Shown here in pieces: positions 19,408 to 30,400 of a stretch of 64,000 nucleotides of DNA; within the stretch, counting starts at the first letter, position 1; each line of letters starts with the position of its first letter. The DNA lies in the NCBI GenBank assembly GCA_051382335.1, contig JBBCAX010000114.1:1-64000 (forward strand). Reading direction: 5' to 3'. The notes under the pieces are model-generated. The model was not told the origin of the DNA and did no database searches. It was given only the letters and a program-made list of their open reading frames with translations. A program made the position numbers and the translations under genes. The stretch comes from Deltaproteobacteria bacterium TL4. GTDB lineage: Bacteria > SAR324 > NAC60-12.

Positions 19408-19587
19408 GTGGAGCGCTCGTTGGAGAGGTAGAAAGGTGTGAAGTTTCCCTGTTTGTGGAGGTGTGACCAAGAAAAATCCAAAGAATGATGGAATCTTCTT
19501 TAAAAAACCATTTTGAAAATGCTATCTATGAATAAGAGTGGTGCTAACGCCAATTTTTAATAACCTCTTAGCCACATAGATCATACC

Positions 19588-22500
19588 ATGAAAACAGACT
19601 CCCTTATTCATAGCCTTGTTGAACGCGCCCTATCACCCGATGAATGGCAAACCATCCCTTCGGCGTTTCAATCTCAACCCGAAATCACAGCGGAGACCCA
19701 CGGTCTTTTAGAACGTTGGCAAAAGCTGGTTCTGATAGGTGGAAACGATCCCCAAGCCTTTGAACAACGACTGGAAGCCATGCAGTTGACACGGGAGTTG
19801 GCCTTACAACGTTTGGGAAAACGGACGTTAACGCCAGGTGCGCCTTTACCTTCCTGGGCTCCGGTCATTTCGGCAGTCTTGACTCAAAATAACTTGGATC
19901 AACCGCTGTTTTCTCTGGATGATTTACGCAACTATTCTGAGGAAGAAGCCGACGTGTTACGAGCGCATGAACACCCGTCTTTCCCTGAATTTTTACATCC
20001 CTGGCTCTCTTACGCATGGGTGGAAATTCAAAAACAATTTTCCCAAACTTCGGATTATCTGTCTCCTGACGCGAAAAATCAATTAGCCCGCTATTTGCTT
20101 TTTCGCTTATCTAGAGTTTCAGCACGAACCCTTGCTTATGAAGTAAAACAATGCCGCTCACGAAATGAGTTAACGGGGAAAACACCAGAGCAACGGTATC
20201 AATATTATTTGGAGGAGGTGTTAGGCACCTTGGACCAACAGTTGGCGCTATTCGAAAAATATCCTGTCCTGGCAAGGCTGTTGGCAATCTGCACGGAATT
20301 GTTTATTCAGGAAATAACCAGACTTTTGGAACGTTGGAAAAAGGATCGGAAAGAGCTTGGTGCGCTTTTGAATCAAGGGAACACGCCTCAAGTCATTGAA
20401 TCCCTGATTATGGGATACTCCGACCCTCATCATGGAGGACAAACGGTGAGTGTGCTTGAGTTGGCGTCAAAACAGAAAATTGTTTATAAACAACGCTCAT
20501 TGGAAGTAGATTTAGCCTTTTATCGTGTTTTGGCGTGGTTAAACCAACTCAAGGCCTTACCGGAGTTGAAGCCGCTCAAGATTCTTGAAAAAAAGCAGTA
20601 CGGGTGGTGTGAGTTCATTGATGCCCGTGAATGTGATTCAGAGCGACACATTGAACGCTACTACTTCCGTCAAGGGATGCACATCGCGCTGTTTTACTTC
20701 CTGTGCGGTACCGATTTTCATCATCAAAACTTCATTCCTAATGGCGAGTATCCCATGCCGGTTGATCTTGAAGGGTTATGCTCTCCCGGACTTCATGTCA
20801 TGCCTCCGAAGACCCTTGAGACTCCTCCCAGTTATCAGTTGTTGGATTTTACGGTGATTACCACTTTGATGCTGCCGCGCTGGAGAGCCGGCGATTTTGA
20901 TCAACCGCTTTACCTGGATTCTGGCATCAATGGCCCGGGAAAACGTCCCTTTCCGCTCAAACGTCCCGTATGGCAGGGGTTTGGTACGGATTCTTTAAGA
21001 ATTGTCTGGGAATATAGTCAAAGTTCCGGGAACACTAAAAGTCCCTTACTCCACAGCCAGCGGATTCCCCTCAACGGATATCTGGAACAAGTGCTTGAGG
21101 GATTTAAAGAAACTTACAAAACCATGATGAAACACCGAGAGGAACTGCTTCAAGAAGCCAGCCCTGTTTCCGCCTTCAAACAGGTTTCCACGCGTTGGTT
21201 AAATCGGGATACCCAAACTTATTATGATGTCCTTTATTGGGCCAGTGCTCCAGACCAGCTCATCTCGGGGACCAAATATGATATTGCTCTCGAAATGATG
21301 GCCAGAACCCCTCCCGCGCTGGGACATCGTGCCTCTTTCAGTGATGATGAAAAAAAGAGTTTGTGGTTACAGGATATTCCCGTTTACTACGGCTGTCCTT
21401 CTGAAAAATCCATTCGCTCGGGGAATAACGATGTTTATGAAAAGGCCTTTGATTTCACAAGCTATTCACAGGTCGAAAAGCGGATAAGGAGTGCCTCTGA
21501 AGAAATATTGGAATGGCAAGTGGAAATCATACGCAGTAGTTTTCAGATGGCGCTTCAGGCGGATGCGCCAAGGGAGAAAAAAACGGAACAATATAACCTG
21601 GCAGACCCTGAGGACGTCAAGCAACTTTGTCTTCAATACGCGATTGAGATCGGGAATGTTTTGGAAAAAACAGCCCTCAAAGGTCAAGGCGGCAAATGTT
21701 GGTTGAGTTTGCAAAAAATGTCGATAATGGGCAACGTGGAGTATGTCCGGAGTGTGCCGTTTTTGTACTCAGGGACCGCGGGCATCGCTCTGTATTTGGC
21801 TAATCTTTACAGTGTCTGCAGGGAACAACGGTTTGAACAACTGGCAAGAGAGGCTTTGGCTTATGGCGAAACCGCGATTCAATGGTCGATTGAGGGAGGC
21901 GCCTTACGGGAAATTCCGCTTTCCGGTTTTAATGGCCTCACCTCGTTGGTCTATGCTTTGGTAGAGGCGGGACGTTGTTTACAGGATCATAAACTTTTTG
22001 ACAAGGCCTGGAAATGGTCACAAGTCCTACTTGATGAAACCTTAATGAATCAAGAGGATCCCGATGTTCTCAATGGAGCTGCCGGCACAATGCTCACCTT
22101 GATTAATTTGCATGAAGTCTTCCCTCAAGCGCGTCTCATTGAACAAGCGTCCTTGCTGGGAGACAGCATTCTCAAATGTCAATCCGAAGGCGAAGCCCAA
22201 GGCTGGCGGACTCCCATTGCGCCCAGGCCGTTACTGGGATTGGCTCATGGCGCGTCAGGCATTGCCTATGCGTTATTGAGACTCTACGCGTTGTCAGGAG
22301 AGAAAAAATTTTATGAAGCCGCGCTAAAAGGGTTGGCTTATGAAAAAGCCAATTTTTCAGAATCCCACAAAGATTGGCCGAACCTCCAAAATCAATCGCC
22401 CTATCTTCATTTCATGACAGGCTGGTGCGCCGGAGCGCCGGGAGCCGGATTAGCCCGTTTGGGAATTGCCGAACAATTTTCGGAGCTCCCTCAGCTCCAT

Positions 22501-22827
22501 GAGGAAATCGAAATCGCGGCCAATGCCACCTTAAGATATCTGGGCCAACCCTGTGAACACCTGTGTTGCGGGGAAGCGAGCCGGATTAGCTTTCTGATGG
22601 ATGCCGCTCAGCATTTAGGTCATGCAGAGTGGATCGCGGAGATTCACAAAGCGGCAGTGACCCTGCTTCAGTTCTACGAAAATAATGGATTCTGGAGACT
22701 TCAGCAATTCACGGAAGGCTGGATTATTCCCGATTTGATGTCTGGCGTTTCAGGCATTGGCTTAGCGTTACTGAAAGTGGCCGCCCCCCAAAGCATTTCA
22801 AAGGTGATGCTGCTGAAAGGACGATAA
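19588..22827 (+). CDS. lanM: Class II lanthipeptide synthetase
   Basis: Dehydratase motifs SDPHHGG, YKQR, TDFHHQN, VDLE and RDTQTY; LanC-like motifs GLAHGASG, WCAGAPG and LCCG. Confidence 0.92.
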   Translation: MKTDSLIHSLVERALSPDEWQTIPSAFQSQPEITAETHGLLERWQKLVLIGGNDPQAFEQRLEAMQLTRELALQRLGKRTLTPGAPLPSWAPVISAVLTQNNLDQPLFSLDDLRNYSEEEADVLRAHEHPSFPEFLHPWLSYAWVEIQKQFSQTSDYLSPDAKNQLARYLLFRLSRVSARTLAYEVKQCRSRNELTGKTPEQRYQYYLEEVLGTLDQQLALFEKYPVLARLLAICTELFIQEITRLLERWKKDRKELGALLNQGNTPQVIESLIMGYSDPHHGGQTVSVLELASKQKIVYKQRSLEVDLAFYRVLAWLNQLKALPELKPLKILEKKQYGWCEFIDARECDSERHIERYYFRQGMHIALFYFLCGTDFHHQNFIPNGEYPMPVDLEGLCSPGLHVMPPKTLETPPSYQLLDFTVITTLMLPRWRAGDFDQPLYLDSGINGPGKRPFPLKRPVWQGFGTDSLRIVWEYSQSSGNTKSPLLHSQRIPLNGYLEQVLEGFKETYKTMMKHREELLQEASPVSAFKQVSTRWLNRDTQTYYDVLYWASAPDQLISGTKYDIALEMMARTPPALGHRASFSDDEKKSLWLQDIPVYYGCPSEKSIRSGNNDVYEKAFDFTSYSQVEKRIRSASEEILEWQVEIIRSSFQMALQADAPREKKTEQYNLADPEDVKQLCLQYAIEIGNVLEKTALKGQGGKCWLSLQKMSIMGNVEYVRSVPFLYSGTAGIALYLANLYSVCREQRFEQLAREALAYGETAIQWSIEGGALREIPLSGFNGLTSLVYALVEAGRCLQDHKLFDKAWKWSQVLLDETLMNQEDPDVLNGAAGTMLTLINLHEVFPQARLIEQASLLGDSILKCQSEGEAQGWRTPIAPRPLLGLAHGASGIAYALLRLYALSGEKKFYEAALKGLAYEKANFSESHKDWPNLQNQSPYLHFMTGWCAGAPGAGLARLGIAEQFSELPQLHEEIEIAANATLRYLGQPCEHLCCGEASRISFLMDAAQHLGHAEWIAEIHKAAVTLLQFYENNGFWRLQQFTEGWIIPDLMSGVSGIGLALLKVAAPQSISKVMLLKGR

Positions 22828-22861
22828 GCGGGTTTACACGGAAGATCGGATCGTTGAAGTT

Positions 22862-23683
22862 TCAGTAAGTTTTCAGTTCTTTCCGCAACAGCGAAAAATT
22901 ATCTTCCAGGAGTTTCATGAGGGTGGGTATCTCAGACAGATCCTGGTGTTCTCCTTTTTTCTGCAAGACTTCGCAAATCATGGCCATCTGGCTGGCTCTC
23001 AGGGCTAAACAACTGCCTTTGAGATCATGGGCGTCTAAACTTAAATTGCGGAAATCCTCGTGCTCAATGTGGGTTTTGATTTGTTCAATCGAGAGGGGAG
23101 CCTGTTGCAGAAAAATTTTGATCAACTCCTTTCGTAACACGGGGTTCAAGGCTGAAAATATTTGTTTATTGATAATTTCCCGTTCCAATATTTCTTTTTG
23201 TAAGACAGAATAGGCTCCTATTTGCTGTCCCCACCGTGTTAAAACAGAAATGAGTTCATTTTCCATAATGGGCTTGCTGAGATAATCATTCATCCCTGCT
23301 TCCAGGCAGCGTTCTTTGTCGCCCTGCAGTGCGTTAGCGGTAACCGCGATAATTTTAGGACGACGCGCCTCAGGCCATTTATCAAGAATGTGACGGGTCG
23401 TTTCAAAGCCATCCAGCTCAGGCATTTGCACATCCATGAGGATGATGTCGTAATCCTGCCGTTTTAAACTATCCATAACCTCCCTGCCATTTGAGGCCAT
23501 ATCCGCGATATATCCCAACTCCTCTAACAGCGCGATGACGAGTACCTGATTGATACGATTATCTTCTGCGACCAAAATCCGTAAGGGGAGTCTTTCTCCT
23601 AATTTTTGAACGGGGACTCCTGATTTTGTAGCCGGAAGTTGATGCTGAATTTCAGGCTTTTGTTCCAAAGAGGCTTTCCCCAC
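22862..23683 (-). CDS. Receiver + Hpt domains; probably the C-terminal part of the upstream hybrid kinase, in the -1 frame
   Basis: [21 protein letters not shown] and AHDLKG motifs; overlaps the kinase ORF by 85 nt. Confidence 0.8.
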   Translation of the reverse strand: MGKASLEQKPEIQHQLPATKSGVPVQKLGERLPLRILVAEDNRINQVLVIALLEELGYIADMASNGREVMDSLKRQDYDIILMDVQMPELDGFETTRHILDKWPEARRPKIIAVTANALQGDKERCLEAGMNDYLSKPIMENELISVLTRWGQQIGAYSVLQKEILEREIINKQIFSALNPVLRKELIKIFLQQAPLSIEQIKTHIEHEDFRNLSLDAHDLKGSCLALRASQMAMICEVLQKKGEHQDLSEIPTLMKLLEDNFSLLRKELKTY

Positions 23684-25341
23684 TCTTCAGAAATGGCTTC
23701 AACCTGGATGGTAAAGTAGAAAGTCGACCCCTGTCCTTCCTTACTTTCAACCCACATTTTGCCTTGCATCAACTGAGACAGTCGAATGGAAATCACCAGT
23801 CCCAACCCTGTGCCTCCATATTGACGCGTTGTGGATGAATCCACTTGAGTAAAGGCTGAGAATAAGCGATCTAATTTTGATTCGGGAATCCCTATTCCTG
23901 TATCCCGCACAGAAAACAACAGCTCAACGGTATTTTGCTGAGTCTGCTCTTTCCGAACGGAAATGGTGATTTTTCCCTCAGGCGTAAACTTTAACGCATT
24001 GCCCACAAGATTCACTAAAATTTGGCGTATTCGAATCTCATCTCCCTGAATAAAATGGGGAACCTCTTCCTCTATCCGGTACTCCAGTTTTATATTCTTT
24101 TCCTCCGCCTTGAAAGTGAACAGAATCAGGACATCTTCAATACAGTTATCAAGAGCAAAGATTCGTCGTTCCAGTTCCATTTTTTCAGCTTCAATTTTTG
24201 AGAAATCCAGGATGTTATTGATGACATCCAGTAAATGATTTCCGCTAAGCCGAATGGTATGGGTGTATTCTCTTTGCTTCGGTGTGAGTTCTGTTTTTAA
24301 GAGTAAACCTGCCATCCCAATCACACCATTCATCGGCGTACGGATTTCATGACTCATATTAGCCAAAAATCTGGATTTTGCATGGTTTGCGGCTTCCGCT
24401 TGTTTTTTGGCACTCAACAGCTCAAGTTCAACCTGTTTACGCTCAGTAATCTCCTCCTCAAGATGGCGTTGAGTTTCTTTGAGTTCCTCAATTTTACTTA
24501 TTAGATTTGTTTCACTCTGTTTCAATTCTTTAAACAGGAGCAGGTAAGGTCTGGCTAAACCTGTTTCGATGATGGACTTATAGATCAGGTAGAATGACGC
24601 TATTTTTAAATAATGGCCCACCAAATTGGAAAATCCATAATTACTGATATAAAAAGTAAAGGCCAGTTCTCCAAAGATCGTTAAAATAATCGACCACAAC
24701 AAGAGGTTCCGAATGTAACGGTCAAAGGCGTCCCGATTTTTATAAAGCGCGATCAGCGAGAGGAACAGGATCGAGCAAATGATGTATTCGCTCATAACTT
24801 TAAACGGAGTCAGCCCTTTCCCCTCCACAAAGCAAATCGGAAATATTTTCCAGTAGAACACTGAAGCCAGGATAAGACTGGTGACCACGGCATACAAAAC
24901 AAAGACGACCTTATAAGCAACTCGTTTCTGAGTTTGAACCAGGGAGAAAAAGCCCAGCAGCGTCAAACTTTCCAGATATCGGGCACCGATCCAAAGTTGA
25001 TTTGCGTAAAAATCATAATCCGTAAATATATTCATGCCCTTATAAGAAAGGACATGAAAAAAATCCAGAATTCCGATGAAAAGGTAGGCAACGCCCAAAT
25101 AGACAAGATAGGGGTTCAGGGTATGCCTTCGCGTATTCCATGAAATCATAAACACAGCGCAGGCAATGGCAATACTGAAAACCTCCGCAATACTGTGAAA
25201 TAAAAGATAACTGTAAAGGCTGGTAAGGTATAAGCCAACTATTATGAAAAGAAGGCCCAACAGGGAGTTGGACGCTTTGATCATCTTCGTAGAAGTGGGA
25301 AGTTGCATCATCATACCTATGGAAGGATCCTCATTGTTCAT
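23599..25341 (-). CDS. MASE3-domain sensor histidine kinase
   Basis: [14 protein letters not shown] sensor, [14 protein letters not shown] and GGTGLGL motifs; start placed at ATG 25341, downstream of the MITE. Confidence 0.88.
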   Translation of the reverse strand: MNNEDPSIGMMMQLPTSTKMIKASNSLLGLLFIIVGLYLTSLYSYLLFHSIAEVFSIAIACAVFMISWNTRRHTLNPYLVYLGVAYLFIGILDFFHVLSYKGMNIFTDYDFYANQLWIGARYLESLTLLGFFSLVQTQKRVAYKVVFVLYAVVTSLILASVFYWKIFPICFVEGKGLTPFKVMSEYIICSILFLSLIALYKNRDAFDRYIRNLLLWSIILTIFGELAFTFYISNYGFSNLVGHYLKIASFYLIYKSIIETGLARPYLLLFKELKQSETNLISKIEELKETQRHLEEEITERKQVELELLSAKKQAEAANHAKSRFLANMSHEIRTPMNGVIGMAGLLLKTELTPKQREYTHTIRLSGNHLLDVINNILDFSKIEAEKMELERRIFALDNCIEDVLILFTFKAEEKNIKLEYRIEEEVPHFIQGDEIRIRQILVNLVGNALKFTPEGKITISVRKEQTQQNTVELLFSVRDTGIGIPESKLDRLFSAFTQVDSSTTRQYGGTGLGLVISIRLSQLMQGKMWVESKEGQGSTFYFTIQVEAISEEWGKPLWNKSLKFSINFRLQNQESPFKN

Positions 25342-25360
25342 AAAAAATAATTCTAGATCC

Positions 25361-25503
25361 TGGGAGGCTGTCCAAGAATAGAAGTTGACCCTAAGTAGGG
25401 TGCCGCTTAAGCGAAGCGAGCGCACCCCAATAAGGAGACAAGCTTTCTGGCGCACTCGCTTTGCTTAAGCACACCCTACCTCACATTCCCGGACAGCCAC
25501 CTA
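25361..25503. repeat. MITE-like element family B, second copy
   Basis: Aligns with 17733-17878; lies 20 nt upstream of the kinase start. Confidence 0.8.
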
Positions 25504-25550
25504 GCGGAGAGCTAGAATTGTCACAATATGATAAAAATTACAATTCTAAT

Positions 25551-26267
25551 TTATTGCGGCAGGACTGAGTCAGAATCAAGGTGTCGAGGTTTTTGATAAT
25601 AGAGTTGATAAATTTTTTCAGTATCCACCCCACAAAGATTGAGAAACAACACCTGATACATTAATAAGAGATATCGAATAAAACCAAGTTTATGAAATTT
25701 TCGGCTGGAGGGGGAGATCGGATGAGGAATGAAGCGAAACCGGAAGGCTTTTAAGGGTTTACTCATTTTCAAGTCTTCAAGCAAATAAACCTTGGGGAAT
25801 CCGCCAAGCTGTTGAAAAATAGATTTACGAACACATAAACCTTGATCGCCATAAATGATTCTTAAAAAACGACTGCGAGCATTTGAAAACGCTTCGAGCA
25901 TTCTAAATTTGAAGTGAGTCTCCTTAAAGTGTATTTTAAAACACGAATAATCACAGTGATCTGTTTCCCAGGTTGATTGCCACGCTTGTAAGGCTTCGGG
26001 GGATACCAGGGTGTCACTATGTAAAAATAAAATAAACGCTGCTTGAATGAAACCCGCGCCGACATTCCAGCATTCGCCTCTCGTCAGCGGAAAGGGTGGT
26101 TTGTAATACGTCACAGGAAAAGATCGGCAGATGTGGGGACTATTGTCCTGACTATGATTATCAACGATGACAATTTCTTCAAAAAGGGAGGTCAGCCTCG
26201 GGAGATTTTGTTGGAGTACTTCTTCCTCATTGTAAATGACAATCACGACACCAGGTTGCAGACGCAT
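25551..26267 (-). CDS. GT2 glycosyltransferase, TIGR04283-like
   Basis: IVDNHSQD, LFLHSD, YGDQGL, LLED and SSRKF motifs. Confidence 0.85.
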   Translation of the reverse strand: MRLQPGVVIVIYNEEEVLQQNLPRLTSLFEEIVIVDNHSQDNSPHICRSFPVTYYKPPFPLTRGECWNVGAGFIQAAFILFLHSDTLVSPEALQAWQSTWETDHCDYSCFKIHFKETHFKFRMLEAFSNARSRFLRIIYGDQGLCVRKSIFQQLGGFPKVYLLEDLKMSKPLKAFRFRFIPHPISPSSRKFHKLGFIRYLLLMYQVLFLNLCGVDTEKIYQLYYQKPRHLDSDSVLPQ

Positions 26268-26283
26268 ATTGGGATAGGAGATA

Positions 26284-27273
26284 TCAGGTTTCCGGATCCG
26301 GTTCTTCCTGAACTTTATATTCATGGCTGTAAAGAAAGTAGGGAATCCCTCCGAGCAGGAATACGGCTAATTGAATGATGACAAACATATTGAAAATATC
26401 CGCTCCGCCATTGATCCCAACCATGTGATACAGAGAGTCAAACGCGGCATGACCGACACCCACGCCACCCGGAGCGATGGGAATCGCAATCGTGATCAAG
26501 CCAATTGGCATGATGAATAACTGTGTGGTTAAATTCATGGAGGCCACCCCAATTAACGCCGCAATTTGAAAGAACAAAAACGCAATTGTGGAATGGATGA
26601 AAATAGAAATCAGGAGCGTATACAGCAGTGTCCATTTTTGATGTTGATAACTTTTAAACGCGGAGTAGATTTTAGTGATCAATTTTGAGGCAGGTAACTG
26701 TTTGAATAACCAGATAAAGGGGTCCCTGTCTTCTTCAAAGGGGAAAAGGACAATCATGTAAAACAAAACAGTTCCTAAAAACAAGAACCCGATCATCACC
26801 ACCAACGAATGTAAAACAGGCAGCGATAAAATAAATACCCAATTGGAGAGCAACGCGCAAAAGGCCATCACAATGAGTCCAAATAATCCCACAAAACGGT
26901 CAATCAATAACGTGGTGAAGGCTTTGGTTTTCCCCTCACTGGCCTGGGCTTTGATGATATAATACCCCTTCACTACATCACCACTGATTGCGCCTGGAAG
27001 CGTTGTATTAAAAAAGTTGCCAATCCAGGTTAGCAGGAAGGCCCTGGAAAAGGGAACATGCAGTCCAACGGCTCGCAGAAGCAACCACCAGCGTAATGCC
27101 GCAAGAGGGATGACGACCATAAGCAACGCCGCGACAATGCTGAACATGACTGAAGGCGTATCCAGAAATAGTTTCAAGCGACTGAAGTTTAAGCGTCCAC
27201 TGTCTACCAAGTAAAAAAGGATGCCGACAACAATACCTAATTTAGCTGCGGAAATAACAATTCGTTTCATCAT
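26284..27273 (-). CDS. Lysylphosphatidylglycerol synthase TM-domain (flippase-like) protein
   Basis: RWWLLL, FFNTTLPGAISGDVVK, DRFVG and PIAPGGVG motifs; RBS GAGGGAG before ATG 27273. Confidence 0.85.
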   Translation of the reverse strand: MMKRIVISAAKLGIVVGILFYLVDSGRLNFSRLKLFLDTPSVMFSIVAALLMVVIPLAALRWWLLLRAVGLHVPFSRAFLLTWIGNFFNTTLPGAISGDVVKGYYIIKAQASEGKTKAFTTLLIDRFVGLFGLIVMAFCALLSNWVFILSLPVLHSLVVMIGFLFLGTVLFYMIVLFPFEEDRDPFIWLFKQLPASKLITKIYSAFKSYQHQKWTLLYTLLISIFIHSTIAFLFFQIAALIGVASMNLTTQLFIMPIGLITIAIPIAPGGVGVGHAAFDSLYHMVGINGGADIFNMFVIIQLAVFLLGGIPYFLYSHEYKVQEEPDPET

Positions 27274-27409
27274 AGTTTGATGTGATGCTCCCTCGTAGGC
27301 GCTTTTCAGAAACTCAAGAACGTTGAAGTTGTTGGGTATAGCATAAAAGGATCGACGATCCCAAGTCAAAATTATAAATTTTCTACGCTTTGGGCAGAAT
27401 TCTTGTCTT

Positions 27410-30400
27410 TTATCCGATGATGTCTTTGATCAATTTGGGGATCTGTCTGGAGTTTCTTGAGGCCGAGGCTTCTTGAATTTTCGCCAGAGTTTGATGATAA
27501 GGAGAGTCATATTGTTCACAGAGTTCCTCCATTTGCCGCAACTTCTGGTGGACTTGTTTTACCAGGAAATGGGGAATTTTAGAAAACTTGATAAACTCTT
27601 TCCGAACTTGGTTATGGAGTTCAAGGAGTTGGTTGGTGAGCTCCTTGGCCTGCTTGGGGTATTGAATCAATAACATTTCTTCAACCTCCGCTAAAAATGA
27701 CTGATACCGGGTGTCATACCCTTCACAAAGCTGTTTCATTTGCGCCAGGAGTTCTTTGGCCTGGATTTCATCTTCCAGAACAAGCTGTGAAAACTGCTCT
27801 AATTTTTCAATCATTTGTTCTCTTGCGAATTGGGGCAGCGACGGTTCTGTTGGAAGCGTATTGGCCTTGACTTCGGGTTCAAGATATTTGACCAAAAGCG
27901 GCAGCAATTTATGAATTTGCAAGGGTTTGGTCAGGTAGTCAGAAACCCCCGCTTGACGCGCCTCAAGTTGTTGTTCGTTAAAAGCGTCGGCAGAAAAAGC
28001 GATAATGGGAATAGCTTCACATTGAGGAATTTTCTTAATTTCCCGGGTTGCCTCAAGACCATTCATCTCTGGCATATAGATATCCATAAAAATGAGCTGA
28101 GGTTGATAAGAGCGTGCCTTTTCAATGGCTTCCTTGCCATGATTTGCGATCTCAATGGTGAGTCCCAGTTTTTTAAACAAAACTTCCATCATTTTCTGGT
28201 TAATCTGGTTATCTTCGACGACGAGCACCCGACTGTCCGGAGAAAAACGATAATTAGCCCATTTGAGTTTTTCGGAGGAGGTTTCTTTGGGTGAGGCTTC
28301 AACCAGGGGAACTTTGGCGGTAAAACAGGAACCTTGCTCAGGAACACTTTCCACTTCAATACTGCCTTCCAAGAGCTCTACCATTTTTTTGGCGATGGCA
28401 AGCCCCAGCCCTGTTCCTTGAAAATGATACGCTGTACTTTTGTGAGCCTGTTCGAAGGCGTCAAAAATCACGGTCTGTTTCTCCTGCGGGATTCCAATCC
28501 CTTCATCTTTAACTTGAAACACAATTTTATGGGCCTCTCTCTGAGCAATCAGCTCAATCTTCTTTTTCGGAGGCGTGAACTTAATGGCGTTTCCAACCAG
28601 GTTGGTTAGGATCTGATTCAATTTATTGCGATCCGAGACAATCATTTCAGGGAGTTGCGGCGAAATGGAATAGTTGAACGTCAATTGCTTGTCCAGGGCA
28701 TTGGCTTTATGGACATGAAATATGCCCTGAATCAAGAGTTTCAAATTTAACTCTTCCGAAATAACATCCTGTTTTCCCGCTTCAATTTTTGACAAATCGA
28801 GGACGTTGTTCATCAATTCTGATAAATTGTTACTGCTCGTTTGAATCACCTCCAGGTAATGATGTATTTCCTTGGGGATGGGTTGATTTTGTAACTCCTT
28901 CAATAAAATTTGACAAAACCCGACAATCGCATTCAGCGGCGTTCGGATTTCATGACTCATATTGGCTAAAAACCGACTTTTCGCCTGAGTGGAGATCTCC
29001 GCCTGTTCTTTCGCGAATTGAAGCTCATCCTCCACGCGTTTCCGTTTATCAATATCGACCAGAACCCAAAGCACGCCTTGCGACAAGTTTGAGGCATCAA
29101 TGGCTTTTGCTGAAAGATGACACCATAACGTTGTCCCTTTTTTGTGTCTCATCAGCATTTCAACTGTGTAAATTCCACCTTGGGTGATGACGTTATGGGC
29201 TTCAATCCCAAATTTTTTATAGTCTTCATAACTGGCGTAAAAGACTTTCGTGAGTTTATTCGGCACTTCTCTTGCCGGATAACCAAACATTTCTGAAAAC
29301 TTTGAGTTATTCCAAACGATCTTCCGAGCCTTAAGCAGCACAATGCCCACAATGGTATTATCCAGCAGGGTTTGCTGTTGGGCCATGACCTTTCGCAATT
29401 CGACACGTTTTTGCTTTAATTTCTGATTGGTCATTTTCAAGGCGGAGGTTCTTTCCTCAACCAAGGCTTCGAGTTGTTGCTTGTATTGGAGCAATTCCTC
29501 TTTTGCCTGATCACGCGCTTTACGAGCTCGAAGTGAATTAATCCCATACACTAAATCATTAGCAAGCCCCCTCAAAAGTTCTAATTCTTTTTCATCAAAC
29601 GCATAGGCTTCGGTCGCATAAATATTCAAGGCGCCAAAGGCTTTGCCCTTTGATGTTAGCGGGATGGACACACTCGACGCATACCCTTGAAGAAGGGAGG
29701 GACTTCCTGTTTCAGCGCCCGTATCGTTGACTTGAATGTTGGTAACTATTTGGGGTTGCCCCGTGCGCATCGCGACTTTTGTCGGCCCCTGATTGAGGTC
29801 AGACCAACTCCCTTTCATTTGTTCCAAATCCACCCCCGCACTTAGCGAATGCCCTACAGGATGAACGTTTTCGCCGTTCCCTTCTTCAGGATATCCAACC
29901 CAGGCGAAACGATATCCGCCTTCCTCCACAATAATTTTACACAACTGCTGTAGCAATTGCGCCTCATCCTCCACACGGGCAAGTGCCTGATTGGCCGTAC
30001 TTCTGGTTTTTAAGGCGCGATTCACTTGATAGAGGTTGGCTTCTGCCCGTTTCCGTGCGGAAATATCACGAAGGATTCCACTGATAAAAAGTTCATTGCC
30101 CGTTTTCCATGAACCTATCGAAAGTTCCAAGGGAAACTCGGTTCCCTCTTTTGTCAAACCAACCAGCTCCAGTGGTTTCCCTGGAATTTTTTTTCCTGGA
30201 ATCTTGGCGGATTGTAAGAGGCCCTGTTGCTGAGCCTCGTCATAAAACAGGGGAATGATGGTTTTCAAAGAATGCATCAGGATCTCTTCTTTGGCATAGC
30301 CAAACATTTTTTGAGCGCCCTCACTCCAAAAAGTGATTCGATCATGGCTATCGAGGGAAAGGATCGCGTCATTGATGGACTGAGTGACCGAACGAAATTT

